Virus record (IMG/VR): IMGVR_UViG_3300032267_000867
Coordinates: 1 to 57,441 of that record
Reading direction: 5' to 3' (one strand)
Source of the DNA: a virus
Lineage: Duplodnaviria; Caudoviricetes
DNA length: 57,441 nucleotides
The translations under genes were made by a program, and so were the position numbers. Shown here piece after piece: positions 35,420 to 44,793 of the stretch. The notes beneath the pieces are model-generated. The model saw nothing but the letters and a program-made list of their open reading frames with translations. It was not told the origin of the DNA and searched no databases. Position 1 is the first letter of the stretch. The number at the start of each line of letters is the position of its first letter.

Positions 35420-35805
35420 GTTATCAGTCCTTCTACCTCCGCAATGTCTTCCTCGTCCATTGCTTTCCGATCGATGGCATCTTGGAGGGGCATCGTCACC
35501 CACCCTGACGTGCTAGGAATCACCACGCTTGATAGCCGACGAATTTCGGCCATGAAGCCATTGTTGATCCCGTCGCGCCCCTCCCAAACGCCCGCGTCCT
35601 GGGCAATTTTCTTAAGCACCAGTGCCGCCACGCGCGGGCCAGAAACAAAGCTCAACCCCTCGCTGATCAAAGTGGCAAATGTTTTGGCGATAATCATGTG
35701 GTATCGTTCAAAAACCTCACGCGCGAGCGGCGTGCTATGCACGAAGATCGTGCCTTCGTCGGTTTCGACTTCTATCACCAAATTTAGTTTTTTATTGATC
35801 TTCAC
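35236..35805 (-). CDS. Tail assembly chaperone
   Basis: Between tube and tape measure genes; AAGGA RBS, GTG start. Confidence 0.7.
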   Translation of the reverse strand: MKINKKLNLVIEVETDEGTIFVHSTPLAREVFERYHMIIAKTFATLISEGLSFVSGPRVAALVLKKIAQDAGVWEGRDGINNGFMAEIRRLSSVVIPSTSGWVTMPLQDAIDRKAMDEEDIAEVEGLITFFICASAMSRKTEIGPVLERMRLWGASTTLLNSTEYAASLPISTTEETSETPTITSSVPH

Positions 35806-35822
35806 TTTGCGTTATCCTTCGC

Positions 35823-35892
35823 GTCCAAGGGGTAGGATGCAGCAGGCAGGTGGACTACTCCTGCTTTTCGGACCGTCGCCCTAGCTGCACCC
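35823..35892 (-). ncRNA. Candidate structured RNA (three-way junction with possible pseudoknot)
   Basis: P1 GGGUGCAGC/GCUGCAUCC, P2 GGGC/GUCC, GAAAA linker, P3 GCAGG/CCUGC; loop GUCCA is complementary to downstream UGGAC. Confidence 0.5.
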
Positions 35893-35898
35893 GTTCGA

Positions 35899-36345
35899 TT
35901 AAACCAGATTCCAGAGGTTGTTGTTGATCTGGTAGTAGCCGCTGACGGTGACGGAATAGCTCGCGTCCTCGCCTGCGAAATTTAACTCACGCACATTCTG
36001 AATGGCGCAGTTGTTGAAGGTGTAAGCCGGAAGCGACGTGGTGTCGGGCGTCACCGTGATGTCGCCAATCGTGCTCAACGCCTGACGCTGCGCCTCCCAG
36101 AGAGCCGCAAGGTTCTGCGTCTTGAGCAGCGAAATGGTCACCGTCACCATCTGATAGGGAAACGGCGAGGTGATGGTGCCCGTCATCGTCGGGATCATCG
36201 TCGTCGTTTCGCCCTCAAAGGCGATGGCGATGCCAGGGCGCCCCAGGAAGGGCGCCGTGACTTGCAGGGCCGGATAGTCCGGAATGACCACGCTGCCCCG
36301 TAACCGGTTGAGCGTGCCCTGAGCGACTTGTGGATTAGCTGCCAT
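35899..36345 (-). CDS. Tail tube protein
   Basis: 148 aa directly after the sheath gene; strong AGGAG RBS. Confidence 0.75.
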   Translation of the reverse strand: MAANPQVAQGTLNRLRGSVVIPDYPALQVTAPFLGRPGIAIAFEGETTTMIPTMTGTITSPFPYQMVTVTISLLKTQNLAALWEAQRQALSTIGDITVTPDTTSLPAYTFNNCAIQNVRELNFAGEDASYSVTVSGYYQINNNLWNLV

Positions 36346-36361
36346 GGTTGTTTTCTCCTAC

Positions 36362-37972
36362 TCAGCCGCCAGCCGGGAACGACGAGACGTTGACGTAAAA
36401 CACGATCTGGATGAAGCCGCGCTGCGGCGTGTAGGTGACCGAGAGGCCGCGATAGATGCCCGCAGGGTAATCCGCCGGATTCTGCGAGACGTAGGTCACG
36501 AACGGCACCGCGTTAACCGTGATGGGCGCGAGCGCGAGGCCAAAAGAGATGGCGTTGCGCATAACGGTCTGCGCCACCGCCTGAAGCCGGTTGATGCCGT
36601 TCTGGTCGTAATACAGCGGGTTCTGGGAGTTGTTCGAACCGTTGATCACCGCATTAGAAATGGTGATGTCCATGTTGATCTGCACCCAGTCCACCGAATA
36701 CCAATAAGTGGCATCGTGGGCGTCCATCATGGTGCCCCAGAGCAGGATGGTGTTGCTGATGCCACCTTCCGCGCCAGTGCCCACGACGTTGACGCTTTCG
36801 TTCTTGAGCGTGGTCAGCAGAGCGTTGTTGCCGCGCGTCGGGAACGGCGTCACGCCGTAAAGATACTTGAAGGCGAACGGTGCAACGAGGTTCGCTGCGC
36901 TGGGTTCGTAAGCCAGGAAGTTCCAGAAGGCGGAAACAACCGTGAATTCCGTAACCGGAGCGCCCGCGTTGCCATACAGGCTGGCCTTGAGGCTGCCGGT
37001 AACGGTAAGCGCGCCAGGGTCAACCGCCTTATAGGCGGTGATGTCCACGCCATTCGCCACAACGGCTTGGTATGTGCCGTTGTAAGCCGAAGGCGTGCAA
37101 CCCACGATGGTGAACCAGTCGCCCTTAGAAATGCCGCTGGTGTTAAGGGTCGTGAACGTGATGGCGCCCGAGGTCCAAACTGCGCCGATCAGTTCGTTTG
37201 CGCCGTAGGTGCCGAATTGCGGCGACTCAATCAGCGTAAACGCGCACTTCATCAAGTTGGTGTAGCTGTTGTAGGTGGCCAGCGTGGTCGTGATGAAGAA
37301 ATAGGTGCGCGCCGTGGTGGATTCGAATTCCGCCAGCAAAGCCAGGAAATCCGCGTTGCCATCCCACTGTTTCGGCACAACGTAGGCGTAGAAGTAGCCT
37401 TCCGCGCCGGGCGTGTAGTCGCTGTTGGGGTTGGCCTGGATGTATGCGGCCAGCGCGGCCACACCGTCTTCCGTATTGCCCGGCCCAAGCTCCAGCACAT
37501 AGCAGGACAAGCCAGAACCCTGGGCAAAGAACGTGTTGCTCATCGCGGTAAGCTGGATCGCGCTTTGCGGAACGTATGTGCCGCCCGTGCCCGAAGCCAA
37601 AATCAATTCCTGGCCCAGGTTGTAGGTGTATTGCGTCGTGCTGGTGATGGTGCAGAGGTAGGTGCCGTTATAAGCCGACGGTCCAAGCCCACCGTCGGTG
37701 ATGCCAGCCATCGTCAAGACGATCTGACTGCCAACGGTATAGCCATGCGGCGAAACCGTCGTGGCTGTCACAAGCGCTCCGGCCACCACCACCTGATCCA
37801 GCGGGGCGGGCGCAGTCAAGATTGCCGTGAGATCGGCTTCTTGCGTGATGAGCGTTGCGGTGCCCGGGCTAGTGGTCGTCCCACCTTGGGAAATCAGCGC
37901 GCCCGTCTTTTGCAGAGTGGCGGGCGCTGCGCCAACCGTCTGCGTCACATTTACTTGAACAATGGTTGGCAT
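36362..37972 (-). CDS. Tail sheath protein (DUF3383-like, contractile tail)
   Basis: IVQVNVT N-terminus, YWYSVDWVQI, PLYYDQNGI, YPAGIYRG. Confidence 0.8.
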   Translation of the reverse strand: MPTIVQVNVTQTVGAAPATLQKTGALISQGGTTTSPGTATLITQEADLTAILTAPAPLDQVVVAGALVTATTVSPHGYTVGSQIVLTMAGITDGGLGPSAYNGTYLCTITSTTQYTYNLGQELILASGTGGTYVPQSAIQLTAMSNTFFAQGSGLSCYVLELGPGNTEDGVAALAAYIQANPNSDYTPGAEGYFYAYVVPKQWDGNADFLALLAEFESTTARTYFFITTTLATYNSYTNLMKCAFTLIESPQFGTYGANELIGAVWTSGAITFTTLNTSGISKGDWFTIVGCTPSAYNGTYQAVVANGVDITAYKAVDPGALTVTGSLKASLYGNAGAPVTEFTVVSAFWNFLAYEPSAANLVAPFAFKYLYGVTPFPTRGNNALLTTLKNESVNVVGTGAEGGISNTILLWGTMMDAHDATYWYSVDWVQINMDITISNAVINGSNNSQNPLYYDQNGINRLQAVAQTVMRNAISFGLALAPITVNAVPFVTYVSQNPADYPAGIYRGLSVTYTPQRGFIQIVFYVNVSSFPAGG

Positions 37973-38006
37973 TGAATTCTCCTAGGTAGGACGATGCTGC
38001 GACGGC

Positions 38007-38396
38007 TTAGGTGTAGGTCACAAGCACACGCGGCGAGCCAGCGCCCGGGACCGCCGAGCAAACGATGCCCACCGAGCATGGAACGCTGATGTCGAACACC
38101 GCACCGGCAATGTTGTTCGTGCCGTTGTAGGGCAGGGTGAACACCTGATTGGCGGTCGTCGCGGCACCGGTGGTGGCGCAATTGTTGAACGTGAAAGCGC
38201 CCGAGGTGGTGCCAGGGGCCAAGATCACGATGCGCGCGATGCGGCCAGCAGACGCCTTGATGACGGCGGCGGCGGTGATGTTGAGCGCAGCCGAGGCGGC
38301 GTTGGCAACCACCTGCACGCCCTGGGCGTCCATATACTGGGGCTTGGCAACGCCGCTGGCGACGCCGGGGAAAACTTGGTTCGGGCTTTGGGGCAT
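38007..38396 (-). CDS. Hypothetical virion protein
   Basis: AGGAG RBS; LNITAAAVIKASAGRI beta-sandwich-like sequence. Confidence 0.65.
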   Translation of the reverse strand: MPQSPNQVFPGVASGVAKPQYMDAQGVQVVANAASAALNITAAAVIKASAGRIARIVILAPGTTSGAFTFNNCATTGAATTANQVFTLPYNGTNNIAGAVFDISVPCSVGIVCSAVPGAGSPRVLVTYT

Positions 38397-38408
38397 GGGA
38401 AACTCCTG

Positions 38409-39362
38409 TTATGCAGCGGTTGGATACGGTGAAACTTCATACTGCACGATGCAGCTTTCGATAAGCTGGCGCGCAATATCGTTGATGCGGGTCTGATAAT
38501 AGCTCACATCAAACTCGATTGTCTTCTTCATTGCGATGGCCTGAAGCTCCATTTGGCCACGCTTTTCGTCGCGCATGATGGGCATGCTCATAATGCCCAG
38601 CGCATCAGTATCGACACTGAATTGGTTCACCGTGTCGATCCAGTCTTGAGCTTGCGCGTTGTTGTAGCCGTATAGGGTCACGCGGACGTGATCCGTGGCA
38701 AGCTGATAATGCGATCCGTTGACCGTCAATCGCGGCGCGGCCTGGATGGCGTTTGTGCGGCCCGGTTCGATATGCACCACGCCGTAAGGCGGGCTGATGT
38801 TCGCGGGCACAAGATATGACGGGTAAAGCAAAATGTTCGGATTGTATGGCGCAAGCCAAATTGGCGAATAAGTCTGGATCGTCAGCCACGCGGGCAGGCT
38901 GTTGGAGACGATAGGTTCCGAGGCCAGCAGCGTGTAAAGATTCTCAACAAGCTGCGAAGCCAGGGCGGAATAGACCGCATCACCCTCATAATGATTGACG
39001 CCCGCTTGCGTGTAGCGATTGCCGCGTCGCGCAAAGGCGAAGCGAATGCCATCGAAGGTGGCGATCCAGAGGGTTTGCGGGTCAACGACGTTGAATTCGG
39101 AGATTTCGTCAGTGGTGGTGAACACCACCTTGTTGATCGAAACCGTCTCATCTTCACGCTGCGTGCGCCCTACCGAATAGTGGAACGAACCCGCGATTTC
39201 GATGCTTTCACCCGCCAACCAGAAAACGTAGCCGTCAATCGGCAAAATTCGCTTTATGTATTTCGTGAAACGGATTGTCTCGCCAGCCGAGAGCGACTGA
39301 ATGCCCGCTTGCAAGGCGTCGCGGAGTGGCAAGTTGGCGAGGGTTTCATCGACGGTTGCCAT
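38409..39362 (-). CDS. Neck / tail-terminator protein
   Basis: Start MATVDE at 39362; ILPIDGYVFW, VRVTLYG, FDVSYYQ; synteny. Confidence 0.6.
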   Translation of the reverse strand: MATVDETLANLPLRDALQAGIQSLSAGETIRFTKYIKRILPIDGYVFWLAGESIEIAGSFHYSVGRTQREDETVSINKVVFTTTDEISEFNVVDPQTLWIATFDGIRFAFARRGNRYTQAGVNHYEGDAVYSALASQLVENLYTLLASEPIVSNSLPAWLTIQTYSPIWLAPYNPNILLYPSYLVPANISPPYGVVHIEPGRTNAIQAAPRLTVNGSHYQLATDHVRVTLYGYNNAQAQDWIDTVNQFSVDTDALGIMSMPIMRDEKRGQMELQAIAMKKTIEFDVSYYQTRINDIARQLIESCIVQYEVSPYPTAA

Positions 39363-39811
39363 CAGGTAAACCAAGCCTTCATGCTGGCTTCATAAAGCCC
39401 CGTGTCGATGAAAGATGGGCGCGGAGCGCGCTTCACCTTTTTGCCGCCCTTGATGTTCTTGTATCGCGGGTTTTTGAACCGATGGCTTACGCCATCAAGC
39501 GCGGCCTGCGTTGGAACGCCGGGAATTCCCAGGCTTTCCATTTCTTTGCTGTCGAGGAAATGCCGGAACGCCGCTTCAATTTCGCCCGTGGCACCGCCAA
39601 AGGGGTCGATGTTTTCAACCGGTGCGCCCATGTCCAATGCGTCAATTGCACCCTGAATGGACCGCTCAAGCGCGCCGATTACCTCATCGACGCGGCTTTC
39701 AAAAAACACCTCCATGACATGATATTTGTCTTCAAGGATTTCGGCCACCATGCCGGTGGTTGCGCCGTCGTCATAGGGCTGGTCGATAACGCCGAGGTGC
39801 AGGGTCGTCAT
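39362..39811 (-). CDS. Neck / tail completion protein
   Basis: LHLGV...RPSFIDTGLY motif. Confidence 0.7.
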   Translation of the reverse strand: MTTLHLGVIDQPYDDGATTGMVAEILEDKYHVMEVFFESRVDEVIGALERSIQGAIDALDMGAPVENIDPFGGATGEIEAAFRHFLDSKEMESLGIPGVPTQAALDGVSHRFKNPRYKNIKGGKKVKRAPRPSFIDTGLYEASMKAWFT

Positions 39812-40278
39812 GCCACGCCCCACATCGTGCCGTAGGTCTGCGCATACGCCAGATATTGACGCCCCCAGGGGGTTTTGACGTTCTGCAATTGCGAAAGCGT
39901 CAGCGCCTGCAAGGCTTCCGGAACCGCAAGGCTGTCGCTGGTGCCGCTATCGGAGGCGGAGGTCACGACGCCTGCGGCGAAGGCGTTGAGGCCATACGCT
40001 TTGCGCAGATCGGCAAAGTAGGTGCGGCCCGGCTGGTCCTGAGCGTAGTTAATGAGGTTGTCGCCAGCCAGATTGTAAACCGCCTGCTCATAGATGCTGG
40101 TTTGAACCGGCGCCATGCTAGGCGTTGCCACCACCGCCAGCGCGGGGTTTACGATCATCAGTGCAACGGAAAACGCCCACCCGATTGAAGGGCTATTGAT
40201 CGGCAAATACAACGGGTTGATACCCATCACATTCGTGACGAAGTCCTGAAAGCCTTCTAGGGTGGGCGCATTGTTCAT
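39808..40278 (-). CDS. Head-tail adaptor (DUF4054-like)
   Basis: AVYNLAGD, GVVTSASD, KTPWGRQYL. Confidence 0.7.
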   Translation of the reverse strand: MNNAPTLEGFQDFVTNVMGINPLYLPINSPSIGWAFSVALMIVNPALAVVATPSMAPVQTSIYEQAVYNLAGDNLINYAQDQPGRTYFADLRKAYGLNAFAAGVVTSASDSGTSDSLAVPEALQALTLSQLQNVKTPWGRQYLAYAQTYGTMWGVA

Positions 40279-40790
40279 GCTGCTTTTCTCGGTCGTCCAC
40301 GACGCGGAGGCTCGCCGGTGCCTTCTCGGGTTACGCTGACGGTTTCGTTCAAGCCGGGTTCGGTGCTGCCGTTCTGCTGCACCACCTCAAGCTCAAGATT
40401 CTCGACGCGCACAGCGCCTTCCGTGGCGCGTTCGATGGCGTTGTGCAGGGCGGCGGCGGAGAGCTTGCGCGCCTCCTGGCTTTCGCGTTCCAGCACGCCG
40501 GAATTATGCTCGTCGGCCTGCATGATCTTCTCGACAACAATCGGCTTGTCGAAACGGTAGCACAGCCCGACGAAAGGCTTACGTCGGTCAATGTCAGCCA
40601 CATCAACGAGGCCATAAATGGCGTGCTGATCGACGATGGCTTTCACAATCTCAAGCGCGGAATTCGGTTGGTAAACCACGATCTGCGAACCGGGCGCAAT
40701 TTGCTGGCGCCGAATGGAGGTTTCCTCCGGAATTCGGTAGATGAAATCGTGTTTCTGCTTTGAGCAGTTGGCGACGTAAAGGGTGGGCAT
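40275..40790 (-). CDS. Hypothetical protein downstream of the capsid gene
   Basis: Start MPTLYVAN at 40790 with GAGGA RBS; C-terminal RRGRPRK. Confidence 0.7.
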   Translation of the reverse strand: MPTLYVANCSKQKHDFIYRIPEETSIRRQQIAPGSQIVVYQPNSALEIVKAIVDQHAIYGLVDVADIDRRKPFVGLCYRFDKPIVVEKIMQADEHNSGVLERESQEARKLSAAALHNAIERATEGAVRVENLELEVVQQNGSTEPGLNETVSVTREGTGEPPRRGRPRKAA

Positions 40791-40844
40791 GTTATCCTCT
40801 GGGTCCAATGGAAACCGCACGGGGTCCAGCCGCACGGCAAGGTA

Positions 40845-40878
40845 GCCATGGCGCGGAGCCGAAGCCCCGCGCCATAAC
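40845..40878 (-). terminator. Strong hairpin after the major capsid gene (attenuator/stabiliser; no U-tract)
   Basis: GTTATGGCGCGGGGC-TTCG-GCTCCGCGCCATGGC. Confidence 0.6.
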
Positions 40879-40883
40879 CGAGC

Positions 40884-41906
40884 TTACTGGTACTGCATCG
40901 ACACGATGGCGATGGCTTCCGGACGCACACCCCAGCCGGAGGTCACGCGCAGTTCGGAAAGCACGTCAATCGCGCCGCCCGCAAGCGGGGTCGGGATTTC
41001 GCGCGGTGCCGCCATGTCGCAATACTGGAGCGTGCAAGCGGCGAGGCCGGGCGAAAGGTCAGCGAAGGCGTTGGTGTTGATCTTGTTCGCCTTGGGCTTT
41101 TCAACTTCAGGCAGAATGATCAACACGGCGTCAGTGCCACCGGCGCCCTTGCCGATCAGCGTGTCGTCGTAGCACCAGAGGATCTCGTCTTCGTTCATCT
41201 CACCGACGGCCTTGACCACACCGGCAGTGGACAGCGTGCCAGCGCCAGCGCGCTGGAATTGCGTCACCTGCACGATGTCCTGATACTCAAAGGCGCCCAG
41301 GATGCGCTGCGGGCCAAGCACCACGATGCGATGGCCAATGCCAAGCTGCATGGTGCGGGTCTTCAGGGCGGACACCTGCGAGAGCAGGAAGAACGCCATC
41401 TGGCCGTTGTCGTAGGTGACGACGGTGTTGTTGCCGTTGGAATCCGCAGGCAGGTTGACGCTAGTGGCGCCGCTGGTGTTCAGCAAGCCTTCGCCCTGGG
41501 CACCGTTGAAGCCATACAGCAGAGCAGAGCGCATAAGCTGGAAGTGGCCCTGGCGCATGCCAAGGCGCTGAGCCTCGACGATGCTTACGCCCCACTGCGA
41601 CATGGCAGCGGTGTCGTGGTGGTCATATTCAGCACGGACCCGCTGGAGGTAGGTCGGGGTGCTGATCTGACGCGCCACAACGCTGACGCTGGGGAGCGAG
41701 TTGTAACCGCTCTGGCCAGCCGCCGTAATGGTGCGAATGTCGAAGGCGTCGATATAGACGTAGAGATCGCCTTCGCCCAGGCGGACCTGGGGGTTGCCAC
41801 CGGCCAGAGCGTCGAACGCGCCCGAAGCCTGATTGTATTGCAACAGCTTCTCCGGCACCATGTAGTGCGGAGAAACCATTACGCGGGACGGGGTGATATT
41901 CGCCAT
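40884..41906 (-). CDS. Major capsid protein
   Basis: 340 aa after scaffold and decoration genes; LLYG...GEGLLN, GWGVRPEA; followed by a strong hairpin. Confidence 0.8.
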   Translation of the reverse strand: MANITPSRVMVSPHYMVPEKLLQYNQASGAFDALAGGNPQVRLGEGDLYVYIDAFDIRTITAAGQSGYNSLPSVSVVARQISTPTYLQRVRAEYDHHDTAAMSQWGVSIVEAQRLGMRQGHFQLMRSALLYGFNGAQGEGLLNTSGATSVNLPADSNGNNTVVTYDNGQMAFFLLSQVSALKTRTMQLGIGHRIVVLGPQRILGAFEYQDIVQVTQFQRAGAGTLSTAGVVKAVGEMNEDEILWCYDDTLIGKGAGGTDAVLIILPEVEKPKANKINTNAFADLSPGLAACTLQYCDMAAPREIPTPLAGGAIDVLSELRVTSGWGVRPEAIAIVSMQYQ

Positions 41907-41918
41907 TGCAGCGGCTCC

Positions 41919-42824
41919 TTAAATCTGAATGAGCGCGGCGGTGCCGCTGTTGTTCCAGTTGGCGACGTTGTTCACCGGGTCCCAGACAACGGTCTTGCTG
42001 TTGCCCGACTGAACGCGGAGAACCTTGCACGGCAGCGCGCCCTGCAACTCAACAATCGTAATGGTGCCGCCCAGCGTGCCCCAAACCGAAGCATCACCCG
42101 GCAGCAAGAACGTGAAGTTCTGGTTGTTGGTGAAGGTGTTGACCGTCTGCGTCGTGTTGATGGCGGAAACCAAACCGGTGCCGGTGTTGGTTACGCCTGC
42201 GAGAGTGAAGCTGTCGCCCACGCCAGCAACCGGGGTTGCCACGGAGGCCACAACCGCAACCTGACCGCCGTTAGTGGCGGACCAAGTGAGCGAAGTCACA
42301 GCGTAGGTGGCCGAAGCGGAGGCCACGAGGCACTGGGCGTTCAAGTCCCAATACACCGCCTGCGCGATGCTGTTGTTCACAAGGCTCGCGGCAAGCGAAG
42401 GATCGCAAGCCACGGCGATGCGAGCGCCGCTGTTCAGCGGGAAGTAAGGCACCGTCATGCCGCCAGCGGCGGTCGGGACGTTGCTCTGGGGCCAGGACAC
42501 CCAAGCGGTCGCTTGGTTGAACGTGGAGAAGCCAATAAGCTGCTTCGCGGCGCCCGCGCTGAGCGTGGTGGCGCGGCCAACGATGGGGCCAAGTTCAGGA
42601 CCAACCGACGTGCTGTTGCCAGCCAGGGCCGGGACGTTGGCGTAAACGCCCACGCCGCCCCACATCGGATAGCTCTCGTTGGTCGCCAGCAGACCACCGG
42701 CAAGTGCATAGCGCACCGCCGGATCGTCCATGGCAACACCCTGGACGAGGCCGTAGGACTGAGTGCTGAAACCACCAATGTTGGTGGTGGTCAGCATCGG
42801 GTTAAAAGAGACTGAATTTGCCAT
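41919..42824 (-). CDS. Capsid decoration/cement protein
   Basis: Between protease/scaffold and capsid genes; PMWGGVGV; beta-rich. Confidence 0.7.
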   Translation of the reverse strand: MANSVSFNPMLTTTNIGGFSTQSYGLVQGVAMDDPAVRYALAGGLLATNESYPMWGGVGVYANVPALAGNSTSVGPELGPIVGRATTLSAGAAKQLIGFSTFNQATAWVSWPQSNVPTAAGGMTVPYFPLNSGARIAVACDPSLAASLVNNSIAQAVYWDLNAQCLVASASATYAVTSLTWSATNGGQVAVVASVATPVAGVGDSFTLAGVTNTGTGLVSAINTTQTVNTFTNNQNFTFLLPGDASVWGTLGGTITIVELQGALPCKVLRVQSGNSKTVVWDPVNNVANWNNSGTAALIQI

Positions 42825-42836
42825 GATGCTCTATCC

Positions 42837-44681
42837 TTAGTGCATAGCGTTGCGACGGAAGAACGGCTTTGCGATTGCGCGCGGAGCCGTCCGGAATTCG
42901 CCCATCCATGCGCTAGGCTCACCGACGAATTCAGTGATCACGCGGTCGGCGGCGTCACGCTTCTTGATCGCGCGGAGGCTGCCAGCCGAGACACCAACCG
43001 GGCTGCGAGCAGCGGCAGTGGCGTCGGCGTAGATGGCGGCTTCCGCGATGTCGAGCGCGTTCTCAGGCAGGTCACGCAGCGGAACCGACTTCCAGGCTTC
43101 GCTGTGGCTCTGCATGCCCTTCGCCAGACGGATGCGGTAGGCGGGGGCCGTCTCACCCTGGAGCGGGGCGGGGGCGCGCTCACCGAATGCGCTGTAAACG
43201 CTATCGGCGCGGGCCTGATAGTCGGCCATCGCCGCGTAATCCGCATCGCTCATGCTCTTCGGCATCTGGCCGATGAGAGCGGAGAGGCGGCGGATTTCGG
43301 CAGCGACGTGCGCTTCGTTGGCGGAGCGACGCGCGCTGTCGGCCTTCATGTCGTCATCGGCTTTCTTGAGGGCTTCCGGCATTTCAGCGTCGGCCATCAG
43401 CTTCGGCGGCATAGCGCCACCGGCGCGAACCATCGCAGGCTCTTCGACTTCAAGCTCAACATTGTCGGCCATGTCGTCGTCATCGTCGTCAGCGGCCTTC
43501 GCCATCTGAGCGGCCTTGAGGTCCGCCATGGAATCCAGTCGGCCCTTCATTTCCTGATGAGCCTCGTGCATTTTGTCCATGCGGCTGCACAGGGCGTCAA
43601 TGCCCATCAGCAGCTTGTCGAGGTTGGCGCCGTCAGCGTCCGCACGCTTTTCAGCGCCTTCCATTTCTTTCTCAACTTCAGCCATAATATTACCTCCGGA
43701 GGTTGTTTCAATGGTTTCGGGCAGTTCGACTCCGGCGGGAGGACCGCCCTTGTCCCATACACCCTCTTCGCAAATAGCAAGGTGGTCTAATAGACTGGGT
43801 TTGCCTTCTATCAGAAGATTAGACCCGTCCTCAAGCCTTTCCTGCACGTTGCCATCCGTTTGACGGAACACAACGGCAGGTGAGGTCGAGAGTTGCTTCG
43901 ACGCCATTTGCATGGCGGCTTCGTCATCGTAGATTTTGGCAATTCCCCAGACTTCTTCGCCCTGGATATAGGGCAAGAGAATGGTGCCGATGACGCGATT
44001 GATGAATTCTTTGCTGTCCAGCTTGCCCGCTTTTGGATGCTCCCAGATCACGGGAAGCCCGTTGCAGCGGTCAAGAAAATGCTGGTTAAGGTAGTTTTCC
44101 GGCTTACGGTAAACGTATTCGTCAATCTTGCTGCGGTAGGCGGTGCCGGTGCCGGTAATGCGCAGCGCGAATAACCACACGTTTTCGTAGTGCTGCGGGC
44201 TGACAAGATCGCCCTTCATGATTGCCCGCGCCACCCCAAGCTCGTCCATTGACAGCTTTTCCAAAGCGACGCGGGCGCCCGGGTGCAGCGGTGTGCGGGG
44301 AGAATTAACGCTGCACCAAGCGAATGACGTATGCTCGCCGTTCAGCAGCGGATCGAAGCGGCCTTCGACGCGCTGCAAGAACGTCGTGTAATCCACCGGA
44401 TCGCCAATTGGCGGCACGGGGTTAACGTCGGCGGGTTGCTCCTCGCCGGGCGGGAATTGATTGTCACTGATGCGCCGCGCCCAAACGCGGCGGGGGCCGG
44501 GCGGGCAGAAGCCTAGCTCCTCCTCGCACTCGCGCACCGCCGTTTGTTCAGGCGTCTCGTCGCCTTTCTGTTCGCCGCCAGGAAAGCACCATGCACCGGG
44601 CCAATCGCCGCCGGGGCCGCGCTTCAACAGAAGCACCTCGCCTGCGTCGTTCAGAAACATGATGCCAGCGGCTTTGATCAC
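42837..44681 (-). CDS. Nudix hydrolase fused to DUF2213-type prohead protease and scaffold
   Basis: Nudix box GGEQKGDETPEQTAVRECEEELG; GLPVIWEHP, LSTSPAV, LDHLAIC; acidic helical C-terminus. Confidence 0.8.
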   Translation of the reverse strand: MIKAAGIMFLNDAGEVLLLKRGPGGDWPGAWCFPGGEQKGDETPEQTAVRECEEELGFCPPGPRRVWARRISDNQFPPGEEQPADVNPVPPIGDPVDYTTFLQRVEGRFDPLLNGEHTSFAWCSVNSPRTPLHPGARVALEKLSMDELGVARAIMKGDLVSPQHYENVWLFALRITGTGTAYRSKIDEYVYRKPENYLNQHFLDRCNGLPVIWEHPKAGKLDSKEFINRVIGTILLPYIQGEEVWGIAKIYDDEAAMQMASKQLSTSPAVVFRQTDGNVQERLEDGSNLLIEGKPSLLDHLAICEEGVWDKGGPPAGVELPETIETTSGGNIMAEVEKEMEGAEKRADADGANLDKLLMGIDALCSRMDKMHEAHQEMKGRLDSMADLKAAQMAKAADDDDDDMADNVELEVEEPAMVRAGGAMPPKLMADAEMPEALKKADDDMKADSARRSANEAHVAAEIRRLSALIGQMPKSMSDADYAAMADYQARADSVYSAFGERAPAPLQGETAPAYRIRLAKGMQSHSEAWKSVPLRDLPENALDIAEAAIYADATAAARSPVGVSAGSLRAIKKRDAADRVITEFVGEPSAWMGEFRTAPRAIAKPFFRRNAMH

Positions 44682-44793
44682 TTGTTGCCTTTGGTCGCGC
44701 TTTTGCCCGCGCCGGAAGGCGCGGAGCCGCCATCATTATGGGCGGTCGAGTTCATGCACGCAATGGTTTTATGGAAATCAAGTTTTTTTATCA

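Noticed and set aside
36344-37975. 543-aa plus-strand ORF (also 41259-42815, 52728-53990, 42840-43790, 48091-48951)
   Set aside because: Antisense shadows of GC-biased minus-strand genes, with no recognisable motifs or RBS.
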